From: Podarcis cretensis
Lineage: Eukaryota
Assembly: GCA_951804945.1 (NCBI GenBank)
Contig: OX638164.1
Coordinates: forward strand, 5,704,001-5,768,000
Direction of reading: 5' to 3'
Length of the DNA stretch: 64,000 bases
Below, one piece after another: positions 54,998 through 64,000 of the stretch. The notes under the pieces are model-generated. The model was not told the DNA's origin. It made no database searches and saw only the letters and a program-made list of their open reading frames with translations. Position numbers and translations under genes: made by a program. Numbering within the stretch: the first letter of the stretch is position 1; each line of letters starts with the position of its first letter.

Positions 54998-55390
54998 TTT
55001 ATTTATATCCCGCCCTCCCCAGCCGAAGCCGGCTCAGGGCGGCTAACAACACTAAAACAGTGCAACATTATAAAAATTAATTAAAATCAAAATTGATGGC
55101 AACCATAAACTAAAGTTTTGTAAAGATTGCCAAAGGAGGGAGTCAGGCTGCGCCCTGACCACAGGCCTGGTGGAACAGCTCTGTCTTGCAGGCCCTGCGG
55201 AAAGATGTCAAGTCCTGCAGGGCCCTTGTCTCTTGTGACAGAGCGTTCCACCAGGTTTGAGCCACAGCTGAAAAAGCCCTGGCTCTAGTTGAGACCAGCC
55301 TAACCTCTCTGTGGCCTGGGACCTTCAAGATGTTTTTATTTGAAGACCGTAAGTTCCTCTGTGGGGCATACCAGGAGAGGCGGTCCCTCA
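54955..55390 (-). mobile_element. L2-type LINE 3' end with (ATT)n tail
   Basis: ORF 55143..55328(-) RAFSAVAQTWWNALSQETRALQDLTSFRRACKTELFHQA is an L2 ORF2 C-terminus. AATAAA-type end and (AAT)n at 54955-54993. Confidence 0.85.
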
Positions 55391-56322
55391 GATCTATTCC
55401 AAAAATTAATTGTATCCAATTGCTTTTAAGGCTCTTTCTTTAACCCTGTCCTGTTGTGCTGAATCACCAAACTTGTTCATTTTGTTAGCTTTGACGCTTT
55501 TGAGTAAGATGACTGCTTTAGTAGCTATTTTAGTAGAACTGTTTTCCGGATATTTCTGATTTAACCAGCACTTATAGTAAATTCTAAGCCCCGCACAGCA
55601 ACTACAGTTGCAATGCTAAACACACATTTTAAGGCGTGTGCCCTGGTAAACACAGTGGGACTTGCTTCCGAGTAAATATGCACTAAATATGCATTTAAAG
55701 GCAAACCTCCCTACTTCACACCTTCTGAATCAATACAAGAAATAAAACACGGCCACTGGTGTGGAAATGTGGGGAACTGAAGGTTGGAAACATGAGAAAC
55801 AGAAACTGAAAGATTCACCTTTCTCGAGCTGCAAGGACCCAATCCTAAACACTGACTCAGAAGTAAATCCTGAGCAGTGGGACTTACTCCACAGAAAGTG
55901 CATTTCATACTGCAGCCTGTTTGGTTTCTCAGACCTAACAAAACAGATCCAGTCATGCCTGCCTCTGCCTCTCATGAAAAGGAACTTCTGAATTATTATG
56001 ATTTTATCGCACTAACCTCAAGCAATGTACAGGATCCTATTTAGAGCTTCCACATTTCTAATCTTGATCCTTTCTTTTACAAGAACGAAAACACTTCGGA
56101 CATGAAGATAGGCTTTCTCTGTTCTTCTATAGGAGTCGATTCCCTGGGATACCCTGCCTGGGCTGTTTCATCACAGCAAGTGGAGGCTTGCCTTTTCTCA
56201 GGTTATTGCTTTATTTCTGATGCATCAGCTTTATAATTTTTAGATACCCTCTTCCTCTTCTTTTTTCATATTTGTCATTTTTAACTACCAACTGCTTTTT
56301 AAAAAAATAACATGCAGGGGGG

Positions 56323-56890
56323 CAGTGGCGTAGCGTGGGGGTGCAGGGGGGGCCGGCCGCACTGGGCGCAACATCTGGGGGGGGTGCGCGCTCGCCGCCT
56401 CCAGAGTAGCCGAAGAGCCTCGGGCGCAGGCTGTAGCAGAGCCCCATGTCTCACGGAACCGACGAGCTGTGCACGCGTCCGGGCTGAAGGCATCCGGCAG
56501 GCAGCGGCTCTCAGCGCTCGCCGCGGTCCCCGCGCATCAGGGCCGCGGAGGGCGCGCCAGGCAGCCCCTCCTCACAGCCCCGCCGCCGCCGCTGCAGCTG
56601 CTGGGCCATGTTGCATTTTCCTCGCCGCTCTGCCTTCCTCCTCCTCCGGGCAAGCGGCGTTGTTTGGGCAGCAGTGCCAGCGGCAACTCGCCTCAGATCA
56701 CCTGACATGGACCCGCCCCCGCCGCCGTGGCTACCTTACTGTAAATACCCCAGCCCAGGCAGCAGCAAGAAGAAGCTGGCAGCGGCGGCAGGTTAGGGGT
56801 TAGGGGCGCAAATTACTTGCCTTGCCCCGGGTTAGGGGGCGCAAATTACTTGCCTTGCCCCGGGTGCTGACAACCCACGCTACGCCGCTG
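56323..56890. mobile_element. Young hAT non-autonomous element with CpG-rich interior
   Basis: TIRs cagtggcgtagcgtggg / cccacgctacgccgctg. Perfect 8-bp TSD CAGGGGGG at 56315-56322 and 56891-56898. Confidence 0.9.
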
Positions 56891-56952
56891 CAGGGGGGAA
56901 ATATTCATTTAAGAAGCAGTAACATTATGGTTGAACAACACGCAACTTGCAA

Positions 56953-56996
<44 letters not shown>

Positions 56997-58815
56997 TAAA
57001 AGCCCGGATCCTGCAGTGTCTTCTTCTTTTATTAAAAACAGCGCCGTAACTGTCAGGACACTTTTGATCAGGGAATCTAACCTGACTCACTTTAATCTTG
57101 GAGGAGGGGTATTGAAGCACTAATCCCCACCCTCCAGTAAAATTTGAAATGGTACCCCTGTTTGCAAAACTAAATTGCTGGGTAAATGTTTCTGGATTTC
57201 TTCCAATTTTATTAATAACTTTTGCTGATCAAAACCATTCATAAACCTCAGATGGATATATAATCAAAGGTACAGCGAAAATTATGTGAGTTAATACACA
57301 CACACTTCATTCTGGTCTTGCTATTGATGTGGAGGAGCAATAGGAAAACTGAATTCCATTTACAAGGTAATGGGCAGGCATTGCCCATACACTCTCAAAG
57401 TATATCTTCCACATTCATAAGCAGTTTTAAACAGAAAAGCTCAAATTCCCAAAAGCTGGATTCTGGGTCCAACGGCACATTCTGAACTGCAGAAGAAACC
57501 CTGCTCTCCGAGCCTGCAGCACTCCCCGCTTTGAAGTGTGCACAATTCTAGACTGAGACACAGTGTTAAATTGTTTAAAAACAACTGATTCTACGCAGGA
57601 GGAAGTGACTGAACAATTAAGATCCTCGATAAAAGCCGCCATCCTGAGGTTAGCAAGAGAGGACCTTTCCATGTGGCATGAGCACCACAGAAAATCTTCA
57701 ATATTTAAAGATACAGGCCTTTGTATTCTAAGCTGGGGGGGAGGGGGACACAGTCAAATCCTCAGGTGACAGTACAAGATAACTGAAGGAAAAGGGGGGA
57801 AGAAAACCAATACAATTGTTCACAACTACTTCTTTTGCCAGTGTTGTACTTATTAGGGAGTTTCGCTTTATGAGCAGCAAAGGACAAGCTTGAACGAGTT
57901 TTAAGTAGGGAAGTTTTGTGCAAATTCTAACACCAACTGACCTCTAATTTGCACATCCTGGACTAATGTAGCAATTACAATTTAGCTTTTTGCATTTTCT
58001 GAATGTTCCAAAATACATTTTAGAACACATGTGTATGTGTGTATGGTATTTTGAGATTAAATATGTTGAGGAAATGCGTATTTTGAAATTGCATTTTAAC
58101 ATTGCAATATGCATTCAGAATGCAAATATTCGTGATTTTTAAAAACCATTATCATCATTGCATTCCACATTAATGTGGAAACAGGATGGGACGCATCCTG
58201 CTTCTGTCTGCAATCCTGTTTGTTGCATGGGGAATTGCTGGGTAAACACAGGAAAATTCATAAGGAATGAAAGCGGACTAAGCTACCCATCCCTAAGTTT
58301 AACATGATTTTAACCCAAAGCTAATTTGATCGATAAATAGATTTGATTTAACTTGGTGGGCCTTCCACAAACTACTGTCTTTTCAGATATGGAGGCCAGC
58401 TCTCTCTCTCTCTCCCTTGTACTATAGGAATAACAATACTGACTTTTCTTAAATGGCTGCTGCACAGATGTTACAATATAATAAATGATAATGTAGGTGA
58501 AGTGCTTTGAGAAGTTAGGAGACGCACTAAGTATCATCTGCCATTGCTATGATAATAGTGCCTAGTTAATGGGAAATTTGCCATGTGCGAAGTCACCTAT
58601 AGATTATTTCCTCTTGGAATATGCTGGACGGAAAATGAAGCTGTTCACTTAGTAATGTGGGTTACTAAGCAGCCCAACTGACAGCACTGCTCTTCAGTTC
58701 TTAATGTCAGGTTAGATTCTGGAGAAATATCAACTTTGGGGGGCAGGCAGCAGAAAGGTTAAGCTTCTAAGTCCTCATGGATCCAAGTCAGCAAGTGACA
58801 GCATCTATATCTATA

Positions 58816-59057
58816 CAGTTGTACCTCGGGTTAAGTACTTAATTCGTTCCAGAGGTCTGTTCTTAACCTGAAACTGTATTTAACCTGAAGCACCACTTTA
58901 GCTAATGGGGCCTCCTGCTGCTGCCGCGCCGCTGGAGCACGATTTCTGTTCTCATCCTGAAGCAAAGATCTTAACCCAAGGTACTATTTCTGGGTTAGCG
59001 GAGTCTGTAACCTGAAGCGCATGTAACCTGAAGCGTATGTAACCCGAGGTACCACTG
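58816..59057. mobile_element. Tc1/mariner MITE, family B
   Basis: TA|cagttgtacctcgggtt ... aacccgaggtaccactg|TA. Confidence 0.88.
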
Positions 59058-59281
59058 TACCTGTAAATAGAGAGGTTTGCACATTATGATTTAATGACAC
59101 CCCCTTGCCCAGAGGCAGTATACAGAGGCAGTATATCTCTGGGAACCAGATTCTGAGCAGGGAAAGCCGTCACCTTCATGCCTTTTTGTGGGTTTCCCAG
59201 AGGGATCCATCTGCAGGGAAACAGAAGGTTGGGCTAAACGGAGGTTTGAGACTCCTCTGATGCAGTAGTTATTTGTTTTGG

Positions 59282-59450
59282 CAGTGGCTTAGCGTGGGGG
59301 GTGCAGGGGGGGCCGGCAGCACCGGGCGCAACGTCTGGGGCTTAGGGTTAGGGGGCGCAAATCCACGGGTTAGGGGGCGCAAATCCACGGGTTAGGGGGC
59401 GCAAATTACTTGCCTTGCCCCGGGTGCTGACAACCCACGCTACGCCACTG
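59282..59450. mobile_element. Short member of the same hAT family
   Basis: Same TIRs. Perfect TSD TGTTTTGG at 59274-59281 and 59451-59458. Internal tandem gggttagggggcgcaaat units. Confidence 0.9.
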
Positions 59451-61854
59451 TGTTTTGGGGATGCACAGCAATAGGATAATAACACTAGTCAATCGCTAAC
59501 TGATAAACAGCATCACTTGCATTTTCCAGGATGGACTGAAGCTTTTGCTTTGCTTCCAGCTGACCATTTGACTCCTCCAAACAGCTCCACAAAGTGCCAG
59601 TGAATAAGGTTTGGAAGATGGTAACGTCGTTAGTGTTTACTTCCAGCGTCTTACACTTAGGTCCTTTGTAACTGTGGAAGAATGAGCAGATGCACAACCT
59701 AAACACACAGACACACACACACACGGAAATGTTGTTGTGGCCGGCACCATCAAGTTGCAACCTTAACTTCTTAATTGCATGGCCGTAGGGAGCAAGCAAA
59801 ATGCGCTCCAGTGGCTCTTTTATCTTGTATTCAAGAAGAGCTGCATTGTGCACCCACTACCAGGATGAAGTGGCGCTCCACAGATTATATTTAACAGGTC
59901 AATTTCTTTATTTTTTAAAAAAAAGAGCGGGGAGGAGGGAATTATGGCATGCTATTGTATCTGGGCCTGAGAAAACACTCAGTGATAAAGGAGTGGCGGG
60001 GAGTGGGGAGAAACCCTATTACACTTCACCCCCCTTCAGGCTCTGAACAAGCAAGCAATTCCCAATGCAACATGGGGAACATGGCAAACAGAAACAGCCC
60101 TTTCCAGTACAGGCCCAAAGTCCAGAAGGGTGCACTCAAGCATCAGCTGTCTTTCCACCTTTTCAAGCAAGCCGCCGATTCTCTGTCAAAGGACGAGGAA
60201 GCAAACATGCCAGAGGCGAAGTCCTCTAGTGTGATGATGGAAAAGCATTCTGTGTGCGTGTGTCCTGGTGGGTGGGGGTGAGGGACCCGGCTGGCGATAT
60301 GCTGTGGGAATTAGCCCAAGTTATCCCAACAGTTTGTGAATGCCACACGCATCAGAAGTTATGAGGAACTTTTCCCAGCATCTATTGCAAATTTATTTTC
60401 ACTAACATATTTATGTTTTTACGCTCATCCCACCCTCTCCATATATGCATTATTTGTACAAAATGTTCTGTTGGAGAACTGCATCCTAAAACTCAGAGGA
60501 GTATGAATTTCAAAGGATAGCTGTGCTTTTTTGCAAATCAGTTTCCCCATGTATTGTCGTGTGTTGTTTCCCCTAATATTATTCACGTATTTATTTATTG
60601 GATTTAGCTGTCACCTTCCTGCCAGGGCGGTTTACCATTTTAAAAGCCTAAAACAAATGCATTACATAAAACGAAGACTGACAGAGTCCTCTCATACCAG
60701 CTAGGAGCCTGATGGGATGCACACTTTACCCTAGCACAGTGTTTTATTATACATTACTTCTCTGGAGAACTTGCACAGCAAAGTGGGGTTTTTGTGTTCC
60801 AATTCGCACATGGTTTCTGAAAGTGAGGGTTACCTGGGTTCGCCGTTAAATGTGAACTGGCTGAACCCGACCCCCTGCCCCTAACAGAAGGTAAATCCGG
60901 CCTCCTATTTCCTGCTCCACTCAGCTGCCAGAAAAAGCTATCACTGTTTTTGACCAGCAAGTTCTTTCCCTTGTTCAGAACACTTAGGTAACCTTAGCGA
61001 AATGTCTGACTGGGTTGCGAACGCCAGGGAAAATGGGAATGCACAGTTTGATGAATGGGTCTTTGCAGGCACTGAACACAGAGGCATGTGAGATATAGAT
61101 CCACCCACTGTGGGACTTTCTGCCCCCGGTGCCAGAGTTCAATCACCCTTCCAAGCAAATCACATGCCACTCTTGGTTAACCATTTGTCCAACAGTACAT
61201 CCCCCCACCTTCTTCGCCACCCCCACAGTGGTGCCACTTTGCGGTACAAGGAGGGTCTCTTTACACCACCTGCTCTGCACTATTTCATTTGAGAATGGTT
61301 TACTGCATGTCAGCACCTTTTCATGAACTGCTATGATCGCTTGGATACTGCTGGACTTGGGACATTGGTTCCAATCTTTCTTTCTTTCTTTCTTTTTACT
61401 TTTTAAAAAACAATATTCTGCTCCCTTCACAGGGTTCATTACATGGCCAGAATCTACCCAAAACAGCCACAGCAGCAAAACTACATTGAGCACTGAAACA
61501 TACATAATGTGCTAACATACACTAGTTGTCGAAGTTCTGATACCAGAACCAACCAAACATGTCTAATTTTACTTAAAAGTTGGCAGTAACTTTGTTGGCT
61601 TTGTCAGATCTTAAAACTTGACACAATTTGGATTATGCAATATCCCAGCCATTCTTTTTTGGAAACTGCTTTGAGGGTACCCCCCCCCCCAGTCAAGCGG
61701 TGTATCAATGTTATGAAATAAAAATAAATAAAATTCTTTACCTGCCATTGGAAATAGGGAGTTTTGTCTTTGGTCCCCCTAGCTCACTATTGCTGTCTCC
61801 CAGCCTGCCCCGGAGATGCCAAGGAGTGAACATGGGTCCTTCTGCATGTTAAAC

Positions 61855-61987
61855 TAAGGTTACCAGACTCCCCATTTCCCGGGGACAGTCCCCGGATTTA
61901 CAAATCAGCCCCCCTGACAAAATCCTATCATTTCTACTGAAGTTGAAAAATGTCCCTGGATTCATTGAAAAAAATCTGGTAACCTTA
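61855..61987. mobile_element. hAT (Tip100-like) MITE nested in a tRNA-SINE
   Basis: TIRs taaggttaccaga / tctggtaacctta. TSD tgttaaac / tgctaaac. Confidence 0.85.
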
Positions 61988-62873
61988 TGCTAAACATGTG
62001 CTCTACCACTGAGCTACGGGCTCCAAAATGCCTGCCCCACTTCAGACATTCATTGGGCAGCAACCCTCTCTTCGCTTGGAGAAAGGAGAGCGCAGAGGCC
62101 CCTCTTCTCCGCAATACTGGCCCTCCCCCCAGAGCACAGTGCACATGACTGCCCCACTGATGGGAGTCTGTCCCCTCCCCTTTTCTTTTTCTCCCAAGGA
62201 GAGGAACTGCAAACAAATCAGGCAGCTGTACATGCAGGGCTCTGGGTGGAGTGGTCAGGGCCAGTCCAAGTTGTTTGGCTGCCTGAGGCCAAAGGACAAG
62301 ATGGCATCATCACCTGGAAATTCCATGGGCAGAAGCTGACCAGACTGACAGCTCAATCTTACTTCAACTGCATGCACTGTACCTCAGAGCACTAGGCGAG
62401 CTTAGGGAGTGCAGGACAAGCTGTTTGGTACACATAGCTCAGCCTTTCAGCACCTTGACACAACCCTTTGTTCTCCCAGCATCTCCCTTCTATGCCTCAT
62501 TCTACCTAATGGCAGGGCCATTCTGAGGTGCGGCCATTTGACTCTACTGAAGGCAGAAGGCACATACCCTGCCCCTCTAACCACAGGAAGCCCCTGTTGC
62601 TGATTGCTGAACATTTATTGAATGAGGGCCATGCCACTGATTGATCATGGCTCCTGCCTGGTCCAAATCTTGACTTAGTTTTGAGCACACTGGATGGGAC
62701 CTCTGTATAATTGCTCCTTTGCCCCTAAGGTTATATCGTGCCATTTTGCACCCCTGAGACATCATGAGGCACTGCCCCTCAAGTCTCAAGTCTGTGGTTT
62801 CTGGAGATCTAGAAAGTCTAGACTTCAAACACCTTCCATTTTTCCTTCTTTACTGCAAGGCACTACTTTTACA

Positions 62874-63308
62874 CAGGGATGGGCTAATATGTAATTTCTA
62901 TTTCTCTCACTTTCTCATTTTTCCATTGTTTAGTTCTCTACATTTCCATATCAATTTGCAATTTTTTTAAAAAGTCCTCATGAAAATTTATCAGTATTTT
63001 AGTGGGAATGTTTCCTAATATGTACATTTTTTGTATGCAATCTTATCTACTATATCAATTTTTGCAAGGCGATTCCGCCCTAATATAATGCACACTTGTA
63101 TATTTTTTTCACTAATATATGAACACTTTACCCTAGTATATGCATTTTTGTACACATTACTTGTCTGGAGAACTGCACTGCAAAATTCAGATAAGTGTGC
63201 ATTTCAAAGGATCGTGGTGGCTTTGGTTTGTGTGTTGCTTTGGAAACTGCAAAGTAGGTAACTTCACCTTTAAACATGGACTGAATAAAAAAAAATCCCT
63301 CATCCCTA
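62874..63308. mobile_element. AT-rich non-autonomous element with agggat...atccct ends (hAT/Ac-like TIR), representative copy
   Basis: Ends cagggatggg / ctcatcccta. Shared core ggagaactgcactgcaaaattcaga also near 10677-11230, 11280-11620(-), 43310-43750, 48000-48525, 54310-54760(-) and 60400-60545. No TSD seen. Confidence 0.55.
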
Positions 63309-64000
63309 ATACTGGGGGGAGTATGGGAAGTTTGGCTTTTCAAAGCACATTTTAACAATAATGTACCCTTCTTTGAAAAGCAGAACATTTTCCCCAATAA
63401 ACAAACTTACAAGTGAAACATGGAAAACTCAGCCCATAATTTTTATTTTTTATTTTGCATGCTTAGCATTGAAGGAGGGAGGAGAGGAGAGAGGTGGGGT
63501 GGGGGGAGAGCCAAACTCATCCTGTCACCCCTTCAACATTTGGAATCCATATTTTTCCAGACACTTTTTCTATTAGAAGTGCACATCAGCAAAATGGATT
63601 AAGCTGAGGATTCAAAGGCAAGGAGGAGACAGAGCAGGGGGAACCAACAATCACCTTTGTGGCTTGCGCAGGGGATAGCTGCCTGTCATAGTTGCTTTGT
63701 GGATGAGAGAGTCCCAAGGCAGTCATAACTTAACATGCTCGCTTCCACTCAGAAGTCCTTTTCTTTGTTTGTTCTTTTTTAATGGAAGGGGGGAGGCCCG
63801 AATATGCCGGACAAAAGAAATCCCAACAGACAAAGCAAAAACAAATTAAAAGCGCTGTTATAAAACACAGATGCTGCAAGAAAAATAAACTTTGCAAGAT
63901 TTACGGGGTTTTGACAAAGTTGGGCGTTTGTGCAAAAGCCATCAGGAGCAACTCCCGGGTAATGCCATTTGCAAAGTATCCGTCCACTCTATTTTATCTT

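Noticed and set aside
56312-56803. 163-aa Ala/Arg-rich ORF, or a CpG-island promoter of a hidden gene
   Set aside because: It lies almost entirely within a TSD-flanked hAT element, and GC-rich DNA lacks stop codons.
57427-57672. Possible upstream BCAS3 exon (…FQKSAGLEEIEQE…)
   Set aside because: Only a chance partial nucleotide resemblance. No frame gives the expected peptide.
59485-60281. ORFs of 110-122 aa as a possible retrocopy
   Set aside because: No recognisable homology, one is interrupted by a (CA) repeat, and no poly(A) or TSD is seen. A BLASTX search would settle it.

Overview
Eukaryotic, intron-dominated DNA from a squamate, very probably a lacertid lizard (it carries a lacertid-type Sauria SINE, Squam3, BovB and L1). 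The whole window lies inside BCAS3 on the minus strand. I read five exons by hand, each with AG/GT borders and matching reading phases: 43019-43169 (151 nt), a 45-nt frame-preserving cassette exon at 29868-29912, 15462-15586 (125 nt), 13187-13352 (166 nt) and 10173-10273 (101 nt). The ORF track captures only one of them. The flanking BCAS3 exons were not found and probably lie outside the window. The introns hold a 3.5-kb 5'-truncated L1 with a 16-bp TSD in the gene's sense orientation, a short L1, a BovB 3' end, L2/CR1 fragments, several SINE families, and many hAT and Tc1/mariner MITEs, often nested, with readable TSDs. Several repeat-free blocks dense in transcription-factor motifs look like conserved enhancers, plausible for the BCAS3-TBX2-TBX4 neighbourhood. 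I see no convincing novel multi-gene system. The best leads are splicing-regulatory features, a hAT element with CpG-rich internal sequence, and candidate enhancers. Repeat family names come from recalled consensus sequences, not searches; many old-repeat boundaries are approximate.
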